A DNA stretch of 63,652 nt, counting the filler, from Octopus bimaculoides (lineage: Eukaryota): NCBI RefSeq assembly GCF_001194135.2. It is 5 parts of 4 records of this genome, joined end to end, with 100 filler letters (N's around TTAATTAATTAA, not from the genome) between each part and the next. Parts side by side here need not be neighbours in the genome. Positions count along the whole stretch, not along the records: positions 1 to 28,960 come from NC_068982.1; positions 29,061 to 50,346 come from NC_068981.1; 3 more parts are not named here. One strand, written 5' to 3'. The notes under the pieces are model-generated. The model saw nothing but the letters and a program-made list of their open reading frames with translations. It made no database searches and had not been told where the DNA came from. Below, one piece after another: positions 25,761 through 39,400 of the stretch. Position 1 is the stretch's first letter, and each line of letters opens with the position of its first letter. A program made the translations under genes and the position numbers.

Positions 25761-26369
25761 TTTGGTTGTTATTTCATGGATTTATGAGAAAAGTTTAACC
25801 ATCAACAAGAAGACACCAATTACACAGATATATTGTTTCATCATCATCATTGTCATCATTTTAAGCTCCATTTTTCCTTGCTTGCATGTGATTCTTTGAA
25901 GCAAATTTTCTATGGTCAGATACCCTTCCTGTTGCCAACCTTCACCTGTTTCCAAGCAAGATATTTTCTCCTCATGGCTGAACATATTTCCATCAAAGAT
26001 TGGAAATGAACAACACGAACTTGTATGACAGTAACATTTGTTTACAACTAACATACATTGCCAAGATAAGGAGACATAAACACACATACACTCACATATA
26101 TACATATATAAACATATACAACAAGCTTCTTTCAGTTTCCACGTATTAAATCCACTGACAAGGCTTTTATTGGCCCAGAGTTATAGTAGAAGATGCTTGC
26201 CCAAGATGTTGCACAATGGGACTGAATGCAAACATCTTTCTATCTATTTTATCAAAATGAAAATTTACACTTTCAGAACATGTATTTGTTAAAAAAGATA
26301 TCTTTATTAATTTGGGAGGCCACATCCTCTGGTAAAGAGGATTGACCTACAAGAGTCCTGTGACAATGT

Positions 26370-26577
26370 TATGTAAAAAGCACTTTTGCTGGTGCCAGGT
26401 AAAAGTGCTCATGCCAGTGCTATGTTAAAAGCACACACTGTAAAGCGGTTGACATCAGGAAGTGTATCCAGCTGTAGAAACCCTGCCAAGTCAGACTGGA
26501 ACCTGGTGCAGCTCTGGTCAAACCATCCAACCCTTGCCAGCATGGACAACAAATGCTAAATGGTGATGATGATGAAG
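26370..26577 (+). mobile_element. RTE 3' tail copy
   Basis: AGGAAG.GTATCCAGCTGTAGAAAC...CCAGCATGGACAAC...GATGATGATGA. Confidence 0.75.
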
Positions 26578-27744
26578 AATACTTAGTGTATAATGTGGAG
26601 AGCCAATGGTTTTTCTTATTAGGTTACAATGTCATTTTGCAATATAGGATAGCATAAGTCAATAATTTAATGTGAAATTTTCACAAGGATTTACTTAATC
26701 TATCTCAGACAGAACAAAATGATGATTGATCCTAACGGAAACTGAAGTCATATATAAAGCACTGTTCAAGACATCAGTCTTCCATGCTGTTCTCACAACT
26801 ACTCTGCATAGAGGATGGAAAGAATAACTCATGAACAGAGAAGACAATCACCTTGTTGCAGATGTCAGTATATGATGAGTTTAATGTGAGTGTTGTAGTA
26901 TCTGTTTATAGATCAACTTGGCAGTTTACTTCAGAGACAATGCATTTTCCATCAAAATTATTGGCTAACCTATTAGTTAATTCTTTGGTATGCTTTTGAT
27001 TTGGTATCCATCCTCTCACATAAGGGATAACATTTTCAAGAAGAAGAAAAAAGTAAAAGAAAGAACAAGTATTTCTTTAATACATCTAATAACCTACAAA
27101 TATCAGGTGACAGGAAGGGCATCTGGCAGTAGAAAATCTGCCTCAACAAATGTTATCTGGCCCATTACAACAATGACAATGATGATGACGATGACAGCAC
27201 TCAAGACGACAACAATGACAGTAACAATAATGAGAATGACGGTATTATTGGTACTTCTTGCCATAAACACATTTAATGATTTCATCAAAATCAATTCCAA
27301 ACTACTGGATTCGGCCATTTTGCATTCACTTTTAATTTTAGGTTCCTGTTGTTGAAGCTTCTTTATCACAGAATTTACAAAAGAAAAAATAAATATTTTT
27401 TCATTAGGTTTATACAAATTTGTTTGTCATAAGCCAATTGCATATTATTTTTAGGTCAATGTTAATCTTCTTACTGGTTTAGGATTTAAACAAATAACAG
27501 ATTGTATCTAAAGGGTGGTGAGACATTGGTACTGAATATTAAAAATCAAAATTTCCAATTAGTGTGACTACCTACAATACCTTGCCACTCTCCAGTCTAG
27601 AAGCAAGACAGATGAATCAACCCTTTTGCCTTTATTGTAACTGCTGTTCTCACCAACTTAAGGCATGATATGCTGGGCCCTAAGGCTCTGGGGCGCAATG
27701 CTGATATATATATATTTATTTAGCCTATCAAATCTCATTTTTCA

Positions 27745-27925
27745 CTATTCTTTTATTTGTTTCAGTCATTTTGACTGCAGCCATGCTGGAGCACCGCCTT
27801 TAGTCGAATAAATCGACCCCGGGACTTATTCTTTGTAAGCTTAGTATTTATTCTATCGGTCTCTCATGCTGAACCGCTATGTTATGGGGACGTAAACACA
27901 CCAACATCGATGTCAAGCGATGTTG
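27745..27925. mobile_element. SINE (family C)
   Basis: TTTCAGTCATTTGACTGC.GCCATGCTGGAGCACCGCCTTTAGTCG...GGGGACGTAAACACACC. Further copies at about 40055-40200, 50095-50285, 56670-56850, 57880-58020 and 63440-63570. Confidence 0.75.
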
Positions 27926-29069
27926 AGACACACACACACACACACAAACGTACATACATACATCTAAATATCCTTTCTCACCACTTCATCCCATTCCTTC
28001 CAGAGTCTACCCCTTCCACAGGTACCCTCCACAATTAAAACTCAGCACTTCTTTATGCAGCATGATGGCACCTGAAAAAATGCTAAAACAATGATGATGA
28101 TTGATAGAAATTACAACGTGGCTAAAGGGCCCAGAGTTTCATGCATAACATTTACATAAGCCATTATATATATATATATACATACATACATATACACATG
28201 AATAAGCATGAATATATATGCATGAATAAGGTGGACATATTCAGCTACGTCTTCTATGAATACGGTGGACAAAATAGTACTCAAATAGTGAAGTTTTATA
28301 TCGTTGAATTGGATATATAACATAACAAAGCAGGGGGAAGAAAGGATATACACAACACACTACTACTACTACTATTCCACAAGACCCAATATTCTATATC
28401 AAAGGCTCACAGTGAACTGCTACCAACATGAACTGCCGATTGCACACGGTTCTTTGTTTTATAACAATGAGTCAGTTCACCTTTTAGTCACTTGAGGGGT
28501 GGTCAAAATCCTTTCACAACTCAAAAGTAGAGCAATGTGCTGTTTTATTAAAGCTGCAAAAACATCACAAAAAAACTATTACTCAGAGATTCACATTTCC
28601 GTTCATTGGACAGTTGTGATCACAACTGTCTGATGAACGGAAACATGAAACTAAGTAACAGGTTTTTGTGAATATATATAAAGATATATATATATATATG
28701 AAAGAGGGCGGCTTATAAATGCCAAAACCTACCCTGGCGAAGAATGTACCCCACAACATAGATTAGTAGTTAGCGACTTTGGGATCAAGGCAAAATGGGT
28801 GCCCAGAATTAGACAGGCTTGGAGAAGAAGGGTGTGGAAGCTTAAAGACCCTGCAAACGGACAGAGACTTAGAGACAAGTTACTTGAAGCATTTAACGAA
28901 ATAGAAGGGGATATAGCATCATACAACGTGGAAGACAATTGGAGATTTCTGCGGGACAACNNNNNNNNNNNNNNNNNNNNNNNNNNNNNNNNNNNNNNNN
29001 NNNNTTAATTAATTAANNNNNNNNNNNNNNNNNNNNNNNNNNNNNNNNNNNNNNNNNNNNGTGCGGGTG

Positions 29070-29305
29070 GCACATAAAAGACACCATTTCGAGCGTGGCC
29101 GTTTTCGTGCGGGTGACACGTAAAAGCACCCACTACACTCTCTGAGTGGTTGGCGTTAGGAAGGGCATCCAGCTGTAGAAACTCTGCCAAATTAGATTGG
29201 AGCCTGGTGTTGCCATCCGGTTTCACCAGTCCTCAGTCAAATCGTCCAACCCATGCTAGCATGGAAAGCGGACGTTAAACGATGATGATGATGATGATGA
29301 TGATA
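29070..29305 (+). mobile_element. Young RTE 3' tail copy with intact CpGs
   Basis: Near-consensus tail GGAGTGGTTGGCGTTAGGAAGGGCATCC...GCGGACGTTAAAC(GAT)8. Confidence 0.85.
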
Positions 29306-29967
29306 TATCCAAAATGTATAATGTTAAATATTCATCATGGCTGGTCTTAGCATTGGTTTTGTATTAAGAATACAATGGGGTGTTAGGTAACAAACTAATT
29401 ATATAACTTTGCACTCAACAGAGTTAGCTGATGTGGGATGGAATATGGCGACTGCTCTCTATTGATGGCGATGGATTAGCTCAACTGGTCAGTGGCTGCT
29501 GTGAAAAAGGTGTTGGAACAAAAAAGGGGCCAGGAGATTAGTTTAGGAGTTATGTCCCTTGGTTGGGTATGCTGTGAAGCCGGTAAGAGTTATCTTGAAG
29601 TGGGGAAAGTGTGTATTATTTATGTGGTGCTCCTGTGGGGATGGGGTGTGTGGTATGTGTAGCGGTGTCATATGTATAATTTTTTCCTGTGGGGTGTAGG
29701 TGTATATAGCTGTGTTCGTTGGTCTGTTTTCTTTCAGTAAAGGATAAAGCCGTGGCTGAGGTGGGGGGTTATGTTAGTGTGTGGTGTGTAAAGTGTGTGT
29801 GGGGGTCTGTGTATATGTAGGAGTATAATTTGTGTGAAGGGGTATGTGTTGGGGTGGTGGGAGACAGTTTATTTTGTGGGATGTCTACTTTATAGGGGTG
29901 TGAGTGCATGTTTACATAGGTGCCTTGGTGTGTGCTTTGGTCAAACTCTTTTTGCCGGCCCCAAGAG

Positions 29968-30185
29968 AGGGTGGGGTGCTGAAAAGTTCCTAGCTTTAAG
30001 AGTATCACAAAAGGCCTGGCTGGAGGCCCAACCTTCCAAATTCTTTTACAGGGCTTAGAAAAAATGAAGGACTACTGCAATAAATGTGTGAATCTGAGAG
30101 GGGAATATATTGAATAAAATCATAATTAACTGATCTTCTTGTATTTTGTTTTGCCCAAAGCCAAGAACTTTTCAGCACCCCTTGA
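29968..30185 (+). mobile_element. mariner-derived MITE
   Basis: TIRs GGGGTGCTGAAAAGTTCCTAGCTTT / AAAGCCAAGAACTTTTCAGCACCCC; the interior encodes the mariner C-terminus ...DYCNKCVNLRGEYIE*. Confidence 0.8.
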
Positions 30186-30198
30186 TTATATAGGGGTG

Positions 30199-30257
<59 letters not shown>

Positions 30258-30448
30258 CCGGTTTCGATCCTTGAGATCTTTTCAACAGTAAATATGAATA
30301 ATAGATTTTTGAAAAATTATTGAAAAATTAAATTTTGGTAAATTTAAAAGAAAAGTCTTTTTAAAGACATATTTGTATAGTACTCAAGTAACAGCGGCAT
30401 TTTTCTTGCTTCTGCCTGTCTCTGTCTCACTTGTTAACTCTTGTGGGT

Positions 30449-30488
<40 letters not shown>

Positions 30489-30666
30489 TATAGTTGTTGG
30501 TTATAGCTGGTCTGGGAGCTACCATTTTGCACCTATAAAATTCTTAGCAGTATAGATGTGAAACCAGTGTTAACTGGCTATAACCAATAACGATTCTAAT
30601 TATTACAACTCTCAAGTTTTAGAGTGTGCTTCTTTTTGAACTTAAGAATTACCGACCAATTATACA

Positions 30667-30732
<66 letters not shown>

Positions 30733-30854
30733 TACATACATACATACATACACATATGTGTGTGTGTGCGTGTGTATGTGTGTGTGTTAAATAAAATGAG
30801 ACAACAAAGCCAAGGCTGTGTGGAATTTTCAGGACATTTATGAAGAGAAAGTTA

Positions 30855-30902
30855 GTCTTACAGCTGTTTCTGGGATATTAGGGGTATCCCTTCATCAGAG
30901 AC
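30855..30902 (-). ncRNA. Minimal type I hammerhead ribozyme motif (inverted twin)
   Basis: Minus strand GTCT-CTGATGA-aGGGATA...TATCCCa-GAAA-CAGCTG-TA-AGAC. Confidence 0.75.
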
Positions 30903-31073
30903 AATGTGAGAAGGTTAAATAGAGGGAAATATTAGACTTCAATATGAGAAGTTTTTTTGATAAAAGAAGCAAATAAGGGATATATAGGGAAATAGGAGAA
31001 TGAATGTAGAAATAAAAATAAAAATGTTTAAAGATGAACTCTAATATTTCCCTCTATTTAACCATATCACATC

Positions 31074-31121
31074 GTCTCTGATGAAGGGATATCCCTAATA
31101 TCCCAGAAACAGCTGTAAGAC
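31074..31121 (+). ncRNA. Minimal type I hammerhead ribozyme motif
   Basis: GTCT-CTGATGA-aGGGATA(loop)TATCCCa-GAAA-CAGCTG-TA-AGAC: helix I GTCT/AGAC, intact core, palindromic helix III, GUA cleavage triplet. Confidence 0.75.
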
Positions 31122-33507
31122 TAACTTTCTTTTTATAAATGTCCTGAAGATTCCACGCAGCCTTGGCTGTACATGCTCATACAAGACACGCATTGTACAT
31201 ATTCATGCTCATACAGGACCTGCATTAGACTCGTCACTTGTATCATTATTGAACCGAGAGTTTAACTATAGTTTAACTATGTTCCTTCCATAGCACTTAC
31301 ATAGTGTTACCTGCCACTTTGGGTCTTCTGGATACCAATACCTCTTATATATGTGTGTGTGTGTATTTATGTATGTGCTGGTGTGTTTACATCCCTATAA
31401 CTTAACAGTATGTTACTAGAGAGCAATAAAGTAAGGACCAGACTTTAAAAATACACTAAGTACTGGGGTTAATCTGCTTGATGAAACCTTCCCCAGTATA
31501 GTCGTTTTACAATGCACATTCCCATCATTTATGGGCTTTCTAATTTTGGCTGTGTGACAGTAAAATGTTAATTGTTTTGACATGCACAATAACATGATTG
31601 ACTTTAAACTCCTAAACTGTTCAAAATTACATAAGCAAAATCATAGGGGCCTGTAAACCTATTGGTCTTGGGGCCACACCAGGTCTAAATTCAGCTCTAA
31701 TTAGGAAGAACAGTTCATATACATAAAGAAAAAGAAAAAAGAATGCTTGGGGCATAATCAAGCTCTGAGGTATCCTGAGAGGATGTGATGTGGGCTGAAT
31801 AGACATGTTGAAAGTTACATTGAGGGAGGTTTCTTTTTCTTGGAAATATTTCAACACCACAATTTTTACTTCTTCACTATCAAATATGGATTTTTGTTTG
31901 TGTCTAATCAAAGTAACTAATAATGGCTTCAAATTTTGGCACAAGGCCAACGATTTTAGGAGAGTGGGTAAGTCAATTACATCAGCCCCAGTGCTTATCT
32001 GGTGCTTGTTTTATTGACTTCAAAAGGATGACAAGCAAAGTTGACTGTGACAGAATTTGAACTCCAAATGTAAAGATGGACAGAATGCCACTAAGCATAT
32101 TAAAAAGCCATTAAATTTAATTGAGTCCTTTTGAATCTACCAACGCTCTTTTAGGTTTTGAGATCCCTTAGATTTAATGGGGCCTTGTTATTATCTTATT
32201 TTGTTTTGAGTTAGCTTTGTTTTAAGTGCTACCTTTTTAAAAAATACTTTGAGCATATGTTTTCTTCTGATAATGCATTATCCTAAGAAATGAACAAGGC
32301 AACATCAACATGCTGACGTTTCTGCCATCTTTCTATCTTGATCAAAGTAACTAATAATGACACTTCTTTTTGTCCAGCACAAGATCAAATTTGGAAAGGA
32401 ATAAGATATAATAAATTTAATCACCCTCTTTATTATTACTGCTAGTTATTTTTATGATCCCAAAGGATGAAAAGCATAGTCAATCATATGAGATTTAAAT
32501 GAAGAAATGTGTGGTTCCATTAATTGATATTACCTTTCATAATTGTCCTTGAGAAATGACAGAAATGTTCTTAGAACAACTTGGTAATCAATTTCTCTGA
32601 AGGATATATTACTTGAAATTAGACCAAGAGGTCTAGTATGTTATCTGTTGCTGATAAATCTAATAACTGCAACACAAAGCCAGTATTTCAATGCATAAGC
32701 AATAACACAAAGGATTTCTACAAATCATACTGGCATATAAAAGACATAAGGTTGAAGAAACAATTAACTACATATTGTTTGGACATAATTAATGAGGACA
32801 GTGTTCTTAGTTATCACTGAATATCTACAGAAGCATAACTGACCATTTACATAAAAAAAATTGTGTTTGAGAAAATAGATTCAGTCAATCAAAATCTCAG
32901 TGTTCATAAAAATAAACAAACATCTGAAGCCACACAGCTTTACTAGAAAGCCAAGTTATGATCTTTCAAGTCATATAAATTCTAAACATATGTTTTGATT
33001 GCTGAATCTTGTGGAAGTCAGGGCAATGCACAGAAAACACAAATTCATCAACCACTATGCAATGATTTGTAATTCTCTTTCATAGCTTTCATTTTGCTTG
33101 CATCTACTTCTTTCTTCTTTCTTGCCTTTAACCCTCCAACGCGGAGTATAGGCCACTTATAATTGAATTCCATGTCGCATGATTTTTCGCTTCTGTACTT
33201 ATACTCTGCCATGAATGCCTCCCTTTCTCTAGTTCCTTTTGTGTTGATTTACGCCACGAGTTCTTAGGCCTAGCCCTCTTTATATATCCATCCGGATTTC
33301 ACTGTAAAACACTTTTTGCTGCATTTGGTGTGTCCTTTCTAATTGTGCTACCAATCCACTTCCACTTTTTCTTAAATATTTGCTCCCCACTTATTGAAAA
33401 ATGAAATATTGGTATATTGGTGTATTAACATCTTGTTTCAATGCTACATGACTCTACAGAATATAGATTTTTATCCTTACTCTACATTACAAACAGATGT
33501 AAACACA

Positions 33508-33594
33508 CTCTCTCTCTCTCTCTCTCTATCTCTCTTTCTCTCTCTCTCTATCTCTCTTTCTCTCTCTCTCTATCTCTCTTTCTCTCTCTCTCTA

Positions 33595-33672
<78 letters not shown>
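33508..33672. repeat. (TC)n/(TCTA) compound microsatellite
   Basis: Direct reading. The window contains many other (TA)n, (CA)n, (GA)n, (TACA)n and (GATA)n tracts, e.g. 30200-30253, 33848-33930, 50499-50567. Confidence 0.95.
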
Positions 33673-33679
33673 CACACAC

Positions 33680-33845
33680 ACATGATGGGCTTCCACTCAG
33701 TTTCTCTCAACCAAATTCACTCATAAAACATTTGTCAGCCTAAGTCTGTGATAGAAGACACCTGCCCAAGGTACAACACAGTGGGACTGAATCTAAGATC
33801 ATGTCACTGCAAAGTGAGCAACTTAACCACACAGGCATGCCTATG
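33680..33845 (-). mobile_element. tRNA-related SINE (family B)
   Basis: CAGTGGGACTGAA...CTTAACCACACAGGCATGCC. Further copies at about 12150-12310, 49955-50078, 56880-57013 and 57317-57477. Confidence 0.75.
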
Positions 33846-36010
33846 CCTATGTATGTATGTATGTATGTATGTATGTATGTATGTATGTATGCATGCATGT
33901 ATGTATGCATGTAATGTATGTATGTATGTATGTATAAGTGTGTGTGTTTATGTATGTATGTGTGTGTGTTTGTGTAAGCATATATATAATAAACACACAT
34001 AGTTTTCATAGACAGAAATGGGATCAGTTGGAATATTTTCAATCTTGTGTTGAGATTCCATCTGTGACTGAGAATCTTCTTTAATTGCTCATGGAGACAT
34101 CAACAATTTACATGTGTGTGTGTGTGTGTGTGTGTACTTGTCTGCACCCTTGCATGCGTGCGTGCACACACCCACACACACACAAACTAACACATGTACA
34201 TACTACATCTCGGCTGCCAGCTCAATCTATAGTTATTGCTGCATTGACGGTGTTTTATTTTGAAGCTACACTGTACTACAGAATAGAACTACAGAACTAT
34301 TGATTTTTAGCCAACCAACCCTTTACATGTAGACAGATGCAAACACCTTGTTCATGAAAACATTGTGTAATAAGATGGAGTTTACATCTGTTTATTACAT
34401 ATAGTATAAAAAGATCTGAAGTCCAATATAACATAATCAAAAATTATATAAGTATGCAGTCTAAGCACTCATAGATTTTTAAAATGAATAGTATGAACAT
34501 ACCCCAGTTTGTGTTTCTTAAAATAATGCAAAATGGTCTACAATACTAAAATAATGTCTTGTACTATTATTGATACACACACAGAATATACATACAACCC
34601 CCACACAGAATCATTGAAGTGCAAAAATATGGTGTGACCGTTAACTGTGTTATTGTTGTTGTAGGAGTGTTCACAATGGAGTTGGACCTCTCCTTTAGGG
34701 TTATTTGTGATGCAACAGAGAGCTTACAATATTTTCTTGCTAGTATAAGCTGAGTGTTGACTCATCCAATGTGATGATTGAGTCATTGTCATATCAACCA
34801 GTTTTCTTATTTGTTTTGCAACTTGCACTCTGTCAGATTGTGAGTGTGTGTGCAGGTGGTTTGGTGGGTGGGGGAAATGTGTGGGGGGTTTTTTCTCACT
34901 GTAACAGGCATGTTTGTTTTATTTTTATTTTTAGTTTTTCTTTTATTGTTGTTGAGATCTTCATTGTTTGAACAGTATAGATATTTGTGTATCCATACAT
35001 CATTATACTTCTTGCACAAACTTCATAGAGTCTTAAAAGCTTATAGAAAAAGCTTTTGGGATTTAACAGATCTAAAAGTTTTCTGACTTGTTTTCACTCA
35101 TTGTAGTAATATTTCTCTTTTCTTCAGTCCTGGTTATTTGACAAGATTTTCTTATTCTGCTGTAGCAAATATTTGGAAAATATGCTGGGAAATACTTCCT
35201 AAAATGATCAACTGGTGATCATTTGAAGGATGATTACAATTTTAGTATTTATAGTCTGCTGCTCAACACTTATAAAACCTGGCCTGGATGTGTTGAAACC
35301 TTGAAGTGTCTCATCAAGTGAATGAAACAAATAAAAGAATATACTAAATATGATGTTTTACGGTTTTGACAAATCCAAGCCAGGACTTCTAAGTGTAGAG
35401 CAGCAGACTGCAAACACTAATTATCCTTCAAACAAGAAAAATTGCACATCAGTTGTTTATTACAGGAAGTAATTCTTAGCATATTTTCCGTATTTTTTTC
35501 AACGCTGAACATACATATGTAGACATTTATTGTGACTAGGATGTTACTAATTGAGAGTTTTACACAACACTAATCCATCAGATCATAACAGAGAGATCTA
35601 GGCATGGCTATGTGGTTTAGCAGTTCACTTCAAAACGTCATGTTTATGGGTTCAGTCCTCCAGCACAGCATCTCAGGCAAGTGTCCCAGGTTGACTAATA
35701 CTTTGAGAATGAATTTGGTGGATGAAAATTGTGCAGAAATCCATCATGCTATCATGCATGTGTGTGTGTGTTGTGTGTGTGTGTGTGTATGTGTGTGTGT
35801 GTGTGTGTGTGCATGTGTATATGTGTGCTTTTTTGCATTTGTGTTTGTCTCTCACAGCTTGACACTTAGTATTGGTTTGTTTATGTCCTCATTACTGAAT
35901 GATTCAGCAAGAAGAGTTCAATAGAACAAGTTCCAGACATATATATATATATATATATATAACGTGAGAGAGTTAGGGGTTGGGGGTACAACCCACTAAG
36001 GGATAGTATC

Positions 36011-36045
<35 letters not shown>

Positions 36046-36981
36046 GTACAAAAATTTGATCAACTGAACCTTTCAAGGAGGTACTCCACTGATGCAAATG
36101 ACTTATTTATCTGCAACACTAACCAACCAGCCACCTAATTATCTATTAATCTGGTGGGCACACATGCCAGATTGGCTACATTCTCACCAGAAGCAGGGAT
36201 AAACAGATACCTGTGAATACGAAGTTCTTGCCTTATGAAGAATTCACAACAACATAGCTTAATGGTTAATGACTTCAGACTTAGCACTACAAAGGCTCAG
36301 AGACACAAACAAGTTTTGAATAGGAAGTCAGGGAAGCTTAAAGATCGATTAAACAGACAGAAATTTAGAGAAATACTGGTGAAGCATTGGATGAAAAATA
36401 AAAAGAGATAGTCACATGGCATGGAGGACAACTGAAACTTTCAATGAGATAACATTCTGAAAGTTAAAGACCAAATCTGAAGCTGTGGTAAAGTTTCAAT
36501 CAGATCATGAATAATCGAGTGGGAGTGTAATAAAGAATGGGGTGGCTTTATGCCAAGTATTGAAAGTATGATAGAGGGAAAGGAAGAGGTGGTATCTTCT
36601 AAGGAGACAATACATGGCTACTCTGCATTATATAAGGGTAGGTGGATGTAGTTGGAAAGTGGGATAGAGGTGGTAGTGATGAGGTGAGATGCTAGGATGC
36701 ACTCTCAATGTACAAGAGGGGGAGCAGAAAGAATAGGAACAGAATATCAGGAAAAGTAGATGGGTAAAGTCGTAAGAGATTTGAAGAGATAAATATAGTA
36801 AATGAGGGAACTAGAGTGGAGGCATAATCAATGGTAAATATGATTTTGAGGAGAAGGTGGTTAGAAATATGGCTCAGAAGGGAGGTAATGATAAGTGACA
36901 GTACAAAAGGATGGAGAGCAGCATAATAAAACTTTAGATAAATGAGAGATAGGGATGTGATGTAGGTGGTGGGAGTTAAAA

Positions 36982-37026
<45 letters not shown>

Positions 37027-37038
37027 NNNNNNNNNNAA

Positions 37039-37085
<47 letters not shown>

Positions 37086-37559
37086 TTGATTAGAATATAT
37101 CTTATATATTCTAATGACTTGCATTATAATCATCTTCAGCTTTACAATAACATAATAATTGACATATGATCTACTTAATAAATGGCCATATTAATAATCA
37201 ATTAAATATTTTTCCTTAATCATATCTCCACTGCATTGTGACATTAAAACTTCACTGTCATTACAGAAGAATGCAAGGGTAAATACAATGAGACAAAGAT
37301 GAGAGGGGAGCAGTGGAAGGCAGATATGAGAACATGTTATACAGCAGAAGAATGATGCATGGCAGTCCAAAGATATAGTTCAAGGGAAAGGAAGAGATAA
37401 CTGCTGGCATGGGAAGGCTGATCAGTGGAGAATAAAGTGGAAATGGATGATATTGAGAATGAGAGATGGATGTCAAAAGAAAATGGTTCCAGCAAGAGAA
37501 ATAACTGGCAGCATATAAAGAGAATGAAATATGTAGTTCTGCTTTCATAATTATAGCAG

Positions 37560-39400
37560 CTGACTAGTACCATAGTTAGAAGAATGATGGAGGGATGGGT
37601 GAAAAAAAAAAGATGAGAAGTTGGCAATAACTGTGTACCAACAGACGGGAGTAAAAGAGACTGATTCAAATGATAATACTGAACCAAAATGGATTTCCTC
37701 CCTCCAAAATAGCATCAACAGACTCAGGAAAAAGATAGGATTGTCAGACACTATCATTAAATGCAAAGCTAAAAAGGAATTCACGAATCACCAACTACAA
37801 CTGCATGACAGATTCTTCAAATTGTATGAGAATTGCTGATGAGAAACACTCACAAGCAAAGTGATTGCCCTCAAACACAATCTATGAGAAGTGAAAAACT
37901 TCATTGCTGTAAAAAATAACATGAATGATAAATGATAAACTGCAAGTTTACCTGAAACCCACAAGCAGTATATCACAGTATGAAAGGCAATACCGTCAAA
38001 GTAGTAAATGTTCCTCCTCAGAAGACCTTGAGTTATTCCGGTGGGGAATCTGGGATGTAAATAAGTGTGATGCAGTATGGTTTAATGAACTATGATGTGA
38101 GTGTAAATGCCTCTCCCAAAATATATAACATCACTATTGAAATACTTCTGACAGTTATCATGAATCTGCTTGAATGTTAAGTACAAACTGTACATTCTCC
38201 AAGACCACAGCCAAGCAAACAGTGTAATAATTGATGAACAAGCAGGAAAGAACGGAGTCTCGGGCTATGCTGAACAATACCTCCTCAACACAGTTGTCCA
38301 TAAGGAAGCCAAGCAACATCACCGTAATCTCTTAACTATGTGATTAGACTGCAAGAAGTTGTTTGGCTTTATCCCTCAAAAATGGATGATAGAATCCCTT
38401 CATCTTGCCAAAGTACCAGTGGCTATAATGAATGCCATTGAAAGACTGACCACAACTTGATTCACAGTTATCACTGACAACTACTAAAGCAACACCTAAC
38501 AACAAAGCAGAATTAAGCTACCAACAGGCATATTCCAGGGTGATAGTTTATCTGTAATGTTGTTTATACTGGCAGTGAACTCCTTGTCAGCCTTGTTAAC
38601 AAAATGTCAAGGATGTGTTGAGATATGTGGAAAAGAATAAAATTAATGTCACCCACACATTTTTTTGTTGATGATCTAAAGTTATATTCTGCTAACATGA
38701 ACAACATTAAGGGACAATTAGAATTAGTCATAATGTTCACATGAGTCATAGGAATGGAGTTTGAGCAAGATAAATGCTCATGCATGAAAGTCAACAGAGG
38801 AAAGATCGTCAACCAGACAGAGAACATGTACATCAATGTCTTTACTGTCTCCCCTATCTCTAATGATGAAAACTATAAATATCTCAAAATCGATGAGACT
38901 GTTGCATATGTTGGTGCTTTGACAAAAGCCAGAATAACAATCGAGCACTTTTGTAGACTTCATAAAATACTGAACTCAGAGCTGATTGCATTCAACAAAA
39001 CCATATCTCACAAAACTTCTGTAGTGCTAATGCTAGTACCAACATTTGGGATATTTGACTGGACATTTGATGAGATCTGCAGCCTGGACATCAAAATTAG
39101 AAAGATATTGACCACCATTGGCAACTTTCACATGAACAATGACACCAATAGGATCTATGTGAGACGAGGTGATGGTAGTAGAGGGAGAAGGTCAACCCAA
39201 GCAGCCTAATATATAATGTTACTTTGTATCAGACAACACCAGCTGAACAGTAAAGGAAGAAATGAGTACATTCCATGCATATTCAAAAGTGGGAGTAACA
39301 ACAGCTCAAAGGAGGTTGGACCTGCTTCCCCAAACAGGGGCTTGGAAGAGAAACAAGCAGCATACCAACAAAAAGCAATGCATGGATACATATTCCATAA
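37560..39400 (+). mobile_element. Decayed R4/Dong-like non-LTR retrotransposon RT
   Basis: GIFQGDSLSVMLFILAVN, FFVDDLKLY, GMEFEQDKC...RGK, YKYL and LDIKIRKILT..NFH...DTNRIYVRR.DG.RG match RT motifs typical of the R4/Dong clade. Confidence 0.8.

Larger units (their letters stand above)
30808..31168. repeat. ~134-bp inverted repeat pair (Penelope-like pseudo-LTR), each arm carrying a hammerhead motif
   Basis: Arms 30808-30941 and 31035-31168 are near reverse complements with a purine-rich spacer. Confidence 0.85.

Noticed and set aside
29005-29016. TTAATTAATTAA island inside N-runs, also at 50391-50402, 55213-55224 and 60799-60810
   Set aside because: Each is centred in a 44N+12+44N = 100-bp spacer and has stops in all six frames. 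It is a scaffolding linker, not biological sequence.
31627-31950. 107-aa minus-strand ORF, and similar ORFs at 26990-27417
   Set aside because: They start in SINE or microsatellite sequence, have no recognisable domain, and no phase-consistent exon chain could be built.
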